From the sequence record PQ227241.1: a stretch of 64,000 nt of DNA. The stretch is one strand, 5' to 3'. Both the position numbers and the translations under genes were made by a program. Positions 29,098 to 38,310 of this stretch are shown here, piece by piece. The stretch's first letter is position 1. Each line of letters starts with the position of its first letter. The notes below the pieces were generated by a model. The model did no database searches. It was not told where the DNA came from and saw only the letters and a program-made list of their open reading frames with translations.

Positions 29098-31251
29098 ATG
29101 GACGTTATACTTTTCAATAGTGATTGGGATAAATACTACAGCGCTAGTGTTGATCTTACTACTAAAAATAAATCTTTTATAAAGTTAGCCTTGACTTATA
29201 AAAAGATGGGTATTAAAAATTACAAATTTATACTAGCTATATTGGACCAAGGTTTAATTGGGGTGGATCCATATGACCCTAATCTTAGCGAAGAAATGAA
29301 GTTCCGTATTAACATGGAATGCAAATATAATCCTTGGTATTTTTTTAGGGAAGTGGCAAGAATCCCCCCTAACTCGGGTAATAACCCAATTCCATTCCAA
29401 GCTAACCGTGGTAATATTGCTTTATTCTGGTGTTATTTCAATCACGTAGATTTTGGTTTATTACAGCCTCGTCAGACAGGTAAGTCCGTATCAACTGACG
29501 TGCTCAATACAGGCATGATGTATATCTGGGGTGAGAACACTAAGATTAACCTTATTACTAAAGATAACAAACTACGCAATGCTAACATCGAGCGTCTAAA
29601 AGTAATGCGTGATTTGTTACCAGAGTATATCCACTATACTGATCCATTAGATGCGGATAACTCCGAATTGATGACATGTATTAGATTAGGTAATAGGTAT
29701 CTAACAGCTGTTGGTCGAAATGATGTTAACGCAGCTGATAAATTAGGTCGTGGTCTTACAGTACCAAATATGCACTTTGACGAACTTGCATATATTAATT
29801 TAATTGGTGTTTCACTACCTGTTGCACTTGCGTCAGGTTCAGCAGCTCGTGATGAAGCTCGCCGTGAGAACCAGCCTTATGGTAACATCTATACAACTAC
29901 AGCTGGTAACATCACTACCCGTGATGGTGAATTTGCATATCACTTCTTAACAGGTGGCTGCCCATGGTCAGAGGAATTCTTTGATCTACCAGATCAGAAA
30001 ACTCTACATCGTGTTGTAGAAAAAGGCACTACTGGAAAGAAACCTCTAGTTTATGGTGCATTTAACCACCGTCAATTAGGACGTACCGATGAGTGGTTAT
30101 ATAACACACTTCGTGAATCAGGTTCATTCGGTGAAATTGCCGATAGGGACTTCTTCAATATTTGGACAGTTGGTGGTGAAGGTTCACCCTTATCATCAGA
30201 TGAGAAAGATAAACTTAAAAACAATATGCGTGAGCCAAGCTGGACAGAAATCACGGATGATGGTTATACACTTCGTTGGTATATACCAAAAGATGAAGTA
30301 GCCTCACGGATGATGAAGGGTAGGTTCGTTATGGGTACCGACCCATCTGAACTTCTTGGTGAAGATAATGACGCCACTGGCACAGTTGTAGTTGACGTAG
30401 AAACACATGAGGTTATGTGTGTTGGTAGATACAATGAATCATCAGTGCCATCAATGGGTAATTTCTTTGCAACAATGCTATTGAGATATCCTAATATTCT
30501 TTGGATACCAGAACGTAAATCAATAGGTATATCGTTAATTGACCATGTTATCTTGATTCTACATACTAAAGGAGTAGATCCATTCCGGCGTATCTTTAAC
30601 AGAATTGTCAATGAATCATCAGAAAGAGAAAATGATTTCAGAGACATTCAGACTCCGCTATCAGCAAGACAACCATCGTTCTATGATAGGTTTAAACGTT
30701 ATTTTGGTTATGCAACGTCAGGTACTGGTGAGTATTCTCGTGATAATCTATTTAAGGTGGCATTACCATCAGCAATGCATTATGGGGTAAGGACCATCTA
30801 TGATAAACCACTTAGCACGGAGTTATTAGCACTTACTATCCGTAATGGTAGAATTGACCATGCTAAGGGGAACCATGACGACTTAGTGGTATCATTATTA
30901 TTAGCCCACTGGTTATTAATACAAGGTAAGAATTTATCTTATTATGGTATCAATGTTCCCATCTTAGGTAAATCAAAATTACGTGATAAAGAACCAAGTC
31001 AACTTGAAAAATATCATGAAGAGAAAGAACAGCAAGGTCGCAAAGAATTTGAAGAGATAATTGAGCAGCTTCGCGGTGAAAAGAACCCGATGATTGCAGC
31101 TAAATTAGAAATGCGTTTGAAACAATTGTCTAAACGTGTTAATATTGATGATAGCAGTGGTGTAGGTATTGATGCCATGTTAAATCAAGCTCGTGCAGAG
31201 CGTACACGTAGAGTGCGTATTAACAGATATTCTAGAAATAGTTGGTATTAA
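29098..31251 (+). CDS. terL: Terminase large subunit (gp25)
   Basis: Walker A PRQTGKS, Walker B HFDE, RNase H-like nuclease GTDPS and DDLVVS. Confidence 0.95.
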   Translation: MDVILFNSDWDKYYSASVDLTTKNKSFIKLALTYKKMGIKNYKFILAILDQGLIGVDPYDPNLSEEMKFRINMECKYNPWYFFREVARIPPNSGNNPIPFQANRGNIALFWCYFNHVDFGLLQPRQTGKSVSTDVLNTGMMYIWGENTKINLITKDNKLRNANIERLKVMRDLLPEYIHYTDPLDADNSELMTCIRLGNRYLTAVGRNDVNAADKLGRGLTVPNMHFDELAYINLIGVSLPVALASGSAARDEARRENQPYGNIYTTTAGNITTRDGEFAYHFLTGGCPWSEEFFDLPDQKTLHRVVEKGTTGKKPLVYGAFNHRQLGRTDEWLYNTLRESGSFGEIADRDFFNIWTVGGEGSPLSSDEKDKLKNNMREPSWTEITDDGYTLRWYIPKDEVASRMMKGRFVMGTDPSELLGEDNDATGTVVVDVETHEVMCVGRYNESSVPSMGNFFATMLLRYPNILWIPERKSIGISLIDHVILILHTKGVDPFRRIFNRIVNESSERENDFRDIQTPLSARQPSFYDRFKRYFGYATSGTGEYSRDNLFKVALPSAMHYGVRTIYDKPLSTELLALTIRNGRIDHAKGNHDDLVVSLLLAHWLLIQGKNLSYYGINVPILGKSKLRDKEPSQLEKYHEEKEQQGRKEFEEIIEQLRGEKNPMIAAKLEMRLKQLSKRVNIDDSSGVGIDAMLNQARAERTRRVRINRYSRNSWY

Positions 31252-31273
31252 ACAAAAAAAATAATAATACGTT

Positions 31274-31296
31274 ACCCTCTTCGCAATGAAGAGGGT
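31274..31296. terminator. Bidirectional terminator after terL
   Basis: ACCCTCTTC/GAAGAGGGT stem between convergent genes. Confidence 0.8.
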
Positions 31297-31304
31297 ATTT
31301 GAAG

Positions 31305-31571
31305 TTAAGCAACTCTAGCGAACAAAAGATTACTGGAGTTAGAATTAATATGATAGTTAGACGATCCGTCAATCCATTTAGCATCGGAAAGCTTGTTTAC
31401 AAGCTGACCATTGCCAATGTAACCAAGGAACATCTTACCATCGTATACAGCAACTTTGATTTGCTCATTTCGCCCATAGACGATCGGCTTACCATTGAAT
31501 GCTGTTACCTCTAGACCAGTCAAGTACCCGTGGTGGGGATCTGGTCTGGAACTTGTTTCAAAGACTTTCAT
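31305..31571 (-). CDS. Hypothetical early protein
   Basis: Likely start at MKVFETSS after GAGGAG. Confidence 0.55.
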   Translation of the reverse strand: MKVFETSSRPDPHHGYLTGLEVTAFNGKPIVYGRNEQIKVAVYDGKMFLGYIGNGQLVNKLSDAKWIDGSSNYHINSNSSNLLFARVA

Positions 31572-31824
31572 TAGGAGTCTCCTCTGCAAGTGGGCCCATT
31601 TGGGCAAAAAGTCAAGCTTAAACTTGACGACATATAGCCCTCCTGGTTGCACAGGAGGGCTAATCTTTTCAGAACGTACGGTGTTGTTATAATACTGCTA
31701 GTGAAAATGCCCACGAGGGGTAAGTAGCTAATCCGCAGTTCTCTTGGACGACACCTGCTGACAGTGTAGTCGCGAATGCACTGTTTGGAACCCCATTGGT
31801 TTAGCGGCCAATGGGGATTTCCTT

Positions 31825-32262
31825 TTATGCCGCTTCGGACTTCTGTTTAACAGGTTTCTTGTACTTCCACTTGTACAGTTGGTGCAGGATGAAACTCGGA
31901 AGACCCAGTGCCAGTACACCAGCGACGGCTGTACCGACAATCTCTTGGAGAGTGATTGCATTGAACTCGGTGCCGAAAACAACCTGAGTAATGATAATGA
32001 TCATCAAACCGATCAGAGTGGTGATCCATAGACGTGGATGCAAGGAACGACTCAGACGAAGCCCTGGAGCAGAAACGCGTTCCATCCGAGTAGACCAGGT
32101 GTGGTTACGGTAGTACATCATGTCAGTGAAGTAATCACTGTAGATGTGCAGCAGTTCTCCACGTTGATCACCGGTACCATGAGCCAAGCCATGGTAGTAG
32201 TAAATACCACCATCTTCTTTGTGGGTGTAAAGTTCAGCGTTGTCTTTGGTATACATCGACAT
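31825..32262 (-). CDS. Hypothetical protein with two C-terminal TM helices
   Basis: Hydrophobic LWITTLIGLMIIIITQVVF and IVGTAVAGVLALGLPSFIL. Confidence 0.65.
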   Translation of the reverse strand: MSMYTKDNAELYTHKEDGGIYYYHGLAHGTGDQRGELLHIYSDYFTDMMYYRNHTWSTRMERVSAPGLRLSRSLHPRLWITTLIGLMIIIITQVVFGTEFNAITLQEIVGTAVAGVLALGLPSFILHQLYKWKYKKPVKQKSEAA

Positions 32263-32267
32263 TTTTA

Positions 32268-32534
32268 TTACTCCGGCATTCCAGTGTGCACAAGAGAATT
32301 GAAACGAACATCGAACGTATCGTACATATCCGATGTTAGTTCCTCGAAGACTGGACTATCCATGAAGGCTTCCAGTGCGCGGCGAGCTGCAAGACGCTTA
32401 TCACCTTCACCATTAGCTCCGGGATAAACCGAATTACCCTCGCCAGGCTTGGCAAAGCCGTCAAAGATATGCGACTCGCCTTCACGGTCAGTCACAGTTG
32501 CTTTAACGGAATAACCCATGTAACGGAGTCCCAT
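32268..32534 (-). CDS. Hypothetical early protein
   Basis: 88-aa ORF in a tight operon. Confidence 0.55.
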   Translation of the reverse strand: MGLRYMGYSVKATVTDREGESHIFDGFAKPGEGNSVYPGANGEGDKRLAARRALEAFMDSPVFEELTSDMYDTFDVRFNSLVHTGMPE

Positions 32535-32776
32535 TATTCATCCCATCCTTTTACTTCGTACCAGAGACAGGCACTATTGTATTCAACAATGTAACCGTCT
32601 TTACGGAGGATTTCCGCTTGACGATTATTCATCTTCCCTTCAACTGGCGTGTTCTCGTTGCTGTAATCGAAGTTTACCTCTGAATCACCAGCGAGCGCCC
32701 GTTGCTTAATTTTAGCATGGATTGATTCCATACCAGCTTCTTTATAAAGAAGTTCACGCAGCTCTTGTAATGTCAT
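32534..32776 (-). CDS. Hypothetical early protein
   Basis: 80-aa ORF, AGGAG RBS. Confidence 0.6.
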   Translation of the reverse strand: MTLQELRELLYKEAGMESIHAKIKQRALAGDSEVNFDYSNENTPVEGKMNNRQAEILRKDGYIVEYNSACLWYEVKGWDE

Positions 32777-32982
32777 GTAACTACTCCTACAATAAAGACT
32801 CGACTGATTTCATTGAGATAAGCGAGCACTAGAAGAATACCTGTCCAGATAGCGATATTCAGTGTAGTACGCTTCTCTTCCAATCCAGGATTAGTGGAAT
32901 TAACTATTCGATGACAGAAAGCACCGAATAAACCAAGACCCATCGCCACGAAGATGATGGTGAACCAACCAAGGTAGATCAT
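32773..32982 (-). CDS. Small two-TM membrane protein (paralog of 35461..35679)
   Basis: MIYLGWFTIIFV...LAYLNEISRV shared with the paralog. Confidence 0.7.
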   Translation of the reverse strand: MIYLGWFTIIFVAMGLGLFGAFCHRIVNSTNPGLEEKRTTLNIAIWTGILLVLAYLNEISRVFIVGVVT

Positions 32983-33533
32983 TGCTGTTGCACCGGGGTA
33001 AGTTGTTTGAGGGCATTGATGATACGGTGAACAGTATCACGTGCCAACTCGCGATTGTGGAAGTTATTGGAAATCTGATACTGAAGCTCTACTTCGCCCG
33101 TTTCCGAGTTCCGATCGAAATCTTTTACAGTGTAACTGCTATCCAAGATAGCTTCCACCATTTCGTCGTTAAGTTTGAACTCGGCAATCGTTGGCGAAAC
33201 TAAACGCCCCTGGAGATTTCTGATGACCTCGTTACGGAACGCGATGGCGCCTTCTGCAATCTCCAGTCGTTCTTCAACAGAGATGAACGGGTTCTTCCAG
33301 AGTTCGGTTTCCATTGTAGGGCGAACAGAAGCTTTCTCCCATGCAATGCACCAGTAGAACCAACGTTCTTGAATTTCTTCGTTGGCTTTATCGAATGCTG
33401 TTATCGCGTTTTTATTACGGTGACAATCCAGAGGATGAGTAGCCTTCGGAAGCCAGGTGTCAGTCTTCTCACAGTAAACGAAACGATCAACACCAGGGGT
33501 CACTGCTTGGAATTCCTTCAATTTTTTGTCCAT
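32979..33533 (-). CDS. Hypothetical early protein
   Basis: 184-aa ORF. Confidence 0.65.
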   Translation of the reverse strand: MDKKLKEFQAVTPGVDRFVYCEKTDTWLPKATHPLDCHRNKNAITAFDKANEEIQERWFYWCIAWEKASVRPTMETELWKNPFISVEERLEIAEGAIAFRNEVIRNLQGRLVSPTIAEFKLNDEMVEAILDSSYTVKDFDRNSETGEVELQYQISNNFHNRELARDTVHRIINALKQLTPVQQQ

Positions 33534-33540
33534 GATGACC

Positions 33541-33876
33541 TCAGATATTTACCATGTTCATAAATTCGGTGTAGTTGTAGCCGGTATTCATATCGAGGTA
33601 GTCTTGTTCGACCATGTCGTCATTCAGGTACTTGACGTAAGCCTCGGCGTGAGCAGTGGCTACCGACTTGGTGAAGAAGTAACGAGCGTGTTGACGGTTC
33701 TGTTCGAACCGACGCAGATTAGTAGTGGCCTGACCGCCGAAACCATTGACCTCCATTACCCCGTAAACAGTACGATCATCCAGAGTAGTGATCTGTGCAA
33801 TCACTACACGAGAAGCATTTTCCGAATGGTCGATGAACGTCATACTGTAAATCTCGATTTCTTTGAAGTCTTCCAT
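33541..33876 (-). CDS. Hypothetical early protein
   Basis: 111-aa ORF. Confidence 0.65.
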   Translation of the reverse strand: MEDFKEIEIYSMTFIDHSENASRVVIAQITTLDDRTVYGVMEVNGFGGQATTNLRRFEQNRQHARYFFTKSVATAHAEAYVKYLNDDMVEQDYLDMNTGYNYTEFMNMVNI

Positions 33877-34022
33877 TAGAATTTCCTGTTAAGAAATGAA
33901 TAGACAACCCCTACCCGAAGGGAGGGGCCTTATATCGTTACTTGCTGTGAAGATTTTTCTCGCGTACAGCGTCTGTTAACTGACGTGGCGGGTTGAGTTG
34001 ATCTGACAGGAGCTTCCGGAGG

Positions 34023-34280
34023 TTATCCAGACCGATTACTTTCTTCTTGGATATTGAGATTATTCTCTTTAAGTAATTTGTTGAGGTGGTATTTAACCTC
34101 CACCCATTCTAACCTACCCACGTCAATCCACTTCCGATAACCAGGAGCAGCAGGTTTGAGGACCTGGGTTTTCCAGCGCTGAAATCGGAAGTTGCCGACA
34201 CGGATATCGGTGCTCTCAACAAAGCGAGGTGGGAGTATACCGAGGTCAGTCAGTATCCCTCGTAGCTTGTCAGAGTTCAT
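34023..34280 (-). CDS. Hypothetical early protein
   Basis: 85-aa ORF. Confidence 0.55.
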   Translation of the reverse strand: MNSDKLRGILTDLGILPPRFVESTDIRVGNFRFQRWKTQVLKPAAPGYRKWIDVGRLEWVEVKYHLNKLLKENNLNIQEESNRSG

Positions 34281-34420
34281 CAGTAAGAACGCCTTGAGTT
34301 TCGAACACCGAAATGATCGATCATTCGTTGGAACAACTTGCCAAACGAGAACTTTTCATACTCGCAGTCGATATGGAGGACATCAACGGTGTCCACCGGT
34401 GGATTATAACTACTGCTCAT
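34280..34420 (-). CDS. Small hypothetical protein (46 aa)
   Basis: Likely start at MSSSYNPP, overlapping the end of the upstream gene. Confidence 0.45.
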   Translation of the reverse strand: MSSSYNPPVDTVDVLHIDCEYEKFSFGKLFQRMIDHFGVRNSRRSY

Positions 34421-34748
34421 TGGCCATCTCCTTACGTTTGTTTTTGGCCCAGTTCTTTTCATAATCGGAACGGATGAACTTAGCGCCGGCGGCATTTAGC
34501 CAGTAACGCTCCCCTTTGAAATAACGTTCTCGTTTAGCACGGGTCAAGCGAAGAGGATCGAACATATCTTGTTCCTGACACATGAATCGATTACGCAAGA
34601 AGCAGTTATCATTCAGGATTCGAACCGAGTACAGTTGACCAAGCCGGCAGTTAGCCAACTCAGCTTTCTCGGTACGTAGCCGAGTTTCGTATTTCTTTGC
34701 ATCTTCGTGATGATTGCGAGGATGTTTCTTTCCAAGTTTCCTAGACAT
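34410..34748 (-). CDS. Basic hypothetical protein
   Basis: 112-aa Lys/Arg-rich ORF. Confidence 0.6.
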   Translation of the reverse strand: MSRKLGKKHPRNHHEDAKKYETRLRTEKAELANCRLGQLYSVRILNDNCFLRNRFMCQEQDMFDPLRLTRAKRERYFKGERYWLNAAGAKFIRSDYEKNWAKNKRKEMANEQ

Positions 34749-34759
34749 TATGTTTTTTC

Positions 34760-35065
34760 CTATTCTGTTGTTTTACGAAAAATCTTATCATGGAACGTCA
34801 TTGCCAACACGACGCCTATCGAACCACCTAGACCGCTGGATATGATAGCAGGAAGACCCACTATTACAAATAGTCCAATGGTGGTCAACTCAAGGGTACT
34901 GATACCCCATGAGGTGAAGAAAGCAGCTTTTTTGTACCCATGAAAGATGTTTCTTTGTTGAAAGGTTTTTACAAAGGCATAGATGAATGATGTAGCTGTA
35001 CTTAACAGTAGTAATATCCAGATAGGTAGATCATGATTAATGTTAATCACTTCTCTTGTTCCCAC
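34760..35065 (-). CDS. Small multi-TM membrane protein
   Basis: Three hydrophobic segments around FVKTFQQRNIF. Confidence 0.6.
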   Translation of the reverse strand: MGTREVININHDLPIWILLLLSTATSFIYAFVKTFQQRNIFHGYKKAAFFTSWGISTLELTTIGLFVIVGLPAIISSGLGGSIGVVLAMTFHDKIFRKTTE

Positions 35066-35115
35066 ACGGTGGGCTCACATTTAGTATGTTGGACATTATG
35101 AATATCTTCCAGTTG

Positions 35116-35403
35116 TTAGATATTGTGTTCCTTCGTATCGATGGCCGCCAGCGCCACGATTTCGACATGATAAGGATGATCCACATTATGGCTGATACAT
35201 GCCTCGCATTTGAAGATACGCCACATTCCATACGAAGGTAGTTCACGGTTTTTCAAATAAGCATAATCGTGAGCGGCCGCAAGATATTTTTGTTGGATGG
35301 AAAACTCACAAGTAATGTAACCTTTCTCACGAATGAATTCATTGGTCATCTGATCGAAGATCTGTTTGAGTTCATCAGTAAGGGCGACTTGAGTTTCGAA
35401 CAT
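35116..35403 (-). CDS. Hypothetical early protein
   Basis: 95-aa ORF, AAGGA RBS. Confidence 0.6.
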   Translation of the reverse strand: MFETQVALTDELKQIFDQMTNEFIREKGYITCEFSIQQKYLAAAHDYAYLKNRELPSYGMWRIFKCEACISHNVDHPYHVEIVALAAIDTKEHNI

Positions 35404-35460
35404 TGAAAGTTTCCTTTTGATATATTAAATAGTTTTGATTATTTCGGAGTTATTGAATAT

Positions 35461-35679
35461 TTAGGTTACCATCTGCTCTATATAAACTCGGCTGATTTCA
35501 TTTAAGTAAGCGAGTGCCAATAGAATACCAGCCCAAATAACAATTTTTCGAGTAGTCTGTTTTTCTATTACACCTGGGTGTGATTCACGAATACTACGGT
35601 GACAAAATACATAAAACAGACACAGACTCATTGTAACAAAGATAATGGTAAACCATCCCAGATAGATCATTTTCTTCAC
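35461..35679 (-). CDS. Small two-TM membrane protein (paralog of 32773..32982)
   Basis: MIYLGWFTIIFV...LAYLNEISRV. Confidence 0.7.
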   Translation of the reverse strand: MKKMIYLGWFTIIFVTMSLCLFYVFCHRSIRESHPGVIEKQTTRKIVIWAGILLALAYLNEISRVYIEQMVT

Positions 35680-35699
35680 CTATTTTTTATAAATAGAGT

Positions 35700-36029
35700 T
35701 TATAGTTTAGTTAGGCGGATGATTTCTTCTAAAGCTGCATCAACTTGATAATACGGCCATGAATCAACACGAGGTTCGTTATCAAAGTATGTCCAAAGTT
35801 GAATACCTTGGAGTTTATTGTAGAATACATTGATTCTGATTCCTTCATGGCCAACAAGACCTTCAATGTAAGCTGCACCATGCACATACGTAACATGTAG
35901 TGCGTACTCGCTATCTTCACCAATGTATTGTATAGGTCTGGAGTAGATGAAGGAATAAGGATTAAATGGATCAGCCTGAGTGATATGTTCGAAGAATTCT
36001 TTCAAACTAGATTTTTTCATATTGGACAT
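35700..36029 (-). CDS. Hypothetical early protein
   Basis: 109-aa ORF. Confidence 0.6.
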   Translation of the reverse strand: MSNMKKSSLKEFFEHITQADPFNPYSFIYSRPIQYIGEDSEYALHVTYVHGAAYIEGLVGHEGIRINVFYNKLQGIQLWTYFDNEPRVDSWPYYQVDAALEEIIRLTKL

Positions 36030-36091
36030 TATATTTTCCTCATGATTTATTAAGTATACCTCCTAGAAGATAGACTTAATACTATTCGATG

Positions 36092-36484
36092 TTATTTTAA
36101 GACACCTGCCTTGTAACCTTTAACAACAGTTCTAGCTTCTAATGCACTGATTTCGCCAATGTGTTTACGCAGTGCTTTAATAGCGTTGATGGTAGGTTCA
36201 TTATCCGCGATATGTCGCCAGTTTCCCTTACCCTTAATGAGTTCAACATCCTGGACATATAGACCATCTTTAACTAGATCCATTGTTTCTACCAACTTTT
36301 CGACTTCTTTAGTTAGATGCGTATGAAGACTGGCGAGGGACATGTCAGTCATTTGATGCACATCATAGAGAAAATCCCTATTATCAGAAGACGATAAAAT
36401 TTCTTTGGTGAGTTTATTTACAGTGTCAATGTTTGCTGCAATTGAAACTAGCAGTGCGGCATATTTCTCTGCATTATAATTCAT
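36092..36484 (-). CDS. Protein with C-terminal ribosomal bL12(L7/L12)-CTD-like motif
   Basis: TINAIKALRKHIGEISALEARTVVKGY resembles the KIxAIKxxRxxxGxxLxEAKxxV pattern. Confidence 0.45.
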   Translation of the reverse strand: MNYNAEKYAALLVSIAANIDTVNKLTKEILSSSDNRDFLYDVHQMTDMSLASLHTHLTKEVEKLVETMDLVKDGLYVQDVELIKGKGNWRHIADNEPTINAIKALRKHIGEISALEARTVVKGYKAGVLK

Positions 36485-36512
36485 TAATACGTATTCCTAT
36501 TTAAAATTGGAT

Positions 36513-36656
36513 TTAGTGTAATGCGGTAATACTGCGAATATCTAATTCATGTAAATCATATTTCTTTAGGAACTCATTCACCGCTTGCTGAATGGTGTAC
36601 CCACTCGGAGATTCCCACTGAGTACCATTAAAAGCAATAATACGATAACCTACCAT
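36513..36656 (-). CDS. Small protein (47 aa), not in the ORF track
   Basis: Hand-translated MVGYRIIAFNGTQWESPSGYTIQQAVNEFLKKYDLHELDIRSITALH; GAGGA RBS. Confidence 0.6.
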   Translation of the reverse strand: MVGYRIIAFNGTQWESPSGYTIQQAVNEFLKKYDLHELDIRSITALH

Positions 36657-36712
36657 TTTTTATTCCTCTAATCACAAAATAAATACCCTCCCGAAGGAGG
36701 GTATTTATATCG

Positions 36713-37192
36713 TTACCAATTGATTACAGCGACAAACTCAAATACCCGACACAATTCTTTATCACGATGGGCATGATGAAAAGATTTACCTTCAATACCG
36801 CAATACGGATAAAACAATTTTCGGTGTTCCGTGTCGCCGAACCAGAAGGTGGTGTTATTGGAATCAACCACACCATGGATAGCCACATCACGAATGTACT
36901 GAAATACATGAACTGCCTTATCAGTGATCACTCGAAGTTCTACACCGTGTTCCTTCATCATAGCCAGGATGTCTTCCTTGGTGTAATCTGCTTGTTCAGC
37001 ATTGGTCATGATCTTGTGAGTCAGAGAACGCTTTTCCTTGTCACCGAAACAGATACAGACCAATTGCACCAACTGACCTTCTACCTTGAGACCACTGGTC
37101 GGTTTTAGTAGAACGAACTCATCATATTTGTAATCATTGGTGACAATCAGTGCCGACTTATTGCGAGTGACAATGCCTAGGTTATACGACAT
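36713..37192 (-). CDS. Hypothetical early protein
   Basis: 159-aa ORF, GAGGA RBS. Confidence 0.65.
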   Translation of the reverse strand: MSYNLGIVTRNKSALIVTNDYKYDEFVLLKPTSGLKVEGQLVQLVCICFGDKEKRSLTHKIMTNAEQADYTKEDILAMMKEHGVELRVITDKAVHVFQYIRDVAIHGVVDSNNTTFWFGDTEHRKLFYPYCGIEGKSFHHAHRDKELCRVFEFVAVINW

Positions 37193-37204
37193 AATTAATC
37201 TTCC

Positions 37205-38206
37205 TCATTTTAGAATATGTTGAACCTTGTGGATGTCTTCCAGGCTATGACCAAGACCAGTGGCTTTGTAAGAATGTTCCTGATCAACACGCTTGTGATA
37301 TGCAAGCAGTGCATCTACTGGATGTTCAGCGAAGAAGTATTCAGTGTTGTTGCAGTCCCAAGCGAACTCCCATTCACCATCACGAATCTCTATTTTGTTA
37401 GCACTGAGGTAAGTGATATTGATGGTATTTACAGTGGCATTACCACCAATGAGGTAGTACGATCCTTCATTGCTACGAACATCGATCCTGCCGCCATCGA
37501 TAGTATCCTGATAGTAGAAACCACGGTCGAAGAATAACTTCAGCATCGAAGTGAAGTAGCTGTTCAATACAGCTTGAGCATCTTTCTCTTCGACCACCCA
37601 TTTTCCATCAACGATGTTATTCAGGTAATTACGATCATGATTGATCCCGACATTATCCACGATGTCAGCGTAGTTCTTATGGAACTTAGCAATCTCGTAC
37701 AAACGTTCCAGAGCAGCAAAACGGAAAGGGCTGGTGGGATGCAGAGCCAGAATGATCCGACCTACGCTCCACAAACCGGTCCCGTTGACCTCGTAACTTT
37801 CTTCGAGGTAACCTTTGATACCACAGTTAACTTCAAGTTCATCTGCTGGGAAACCGGTGCGGAGCCGCCTACGGATAGCCAATAGTACCGATTCGGATTC
37901 TTCCGGATCGAACAGGTCTATGCCGAAAGTAATCCAGCTACCACGTACTTTGTGCTGGTATGCCAGGCGTACAGTATCACCGAATGGAGAAATGAACCAG
38001 CGTTCGTCTTCCGATACGACCAAATGGCAACCACATTGCCACAGGGTACTTAGAGGATCGTTAGAGGCGAGAATGCGCTTGGTGTCGTTCATATCCGACG
38101 AAGTAGCATCTGGACTGCCATGTAGGTGTGTCAGAATAAACAGAAGCGATGATTCTGTAGTTTGAGCACTCAACATTGCGCGAGTGATGGTTGCATTGAT
38201 GATCAT
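37205..38206 (-). CDS. Hypothetical early protein
   Basis: 333-aa ORF, AAGGA RBS. Confidence 0.7.
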   Translation of the reverse strand: MIINATITRAMLSAQTTESSLLFILTHLHGSPDATSSDMNDTKRILASNDPLSTLWQCGCHLVVSEDERWFISPFGDTVRLAYQHKVRGSWITFGIDLFDPEESESVLLAIRRRLRTGFPADELEVNCGIKGYLEESYEVNGTGLWSVGRIILALHPTSPFRFAALERLYEIAKFHKNYADIVDNVGINHDRNYLNNIVDGKWVVEEKDAQAVLNSYFTSMLKLFFDRGFYYQDTIDGGRIDVRSNEGSYYLIGGNATVNTINITYLSANKIEIRDGEWEFAWDCNNTEYFFAEHPVDALLAYHKRVDQEHSYKATGLGHSLEDIHKVQHILK

Positions 38207-38310
38207 GAGATATCTTCCTTTTTACAGTTTATGAATATATTGCTAAATAAAAAAATATTACGATGTAGAAAATAAAAGGGAGTCCGAAGACTCCCATTAT
38301 TGCGTGTAAT

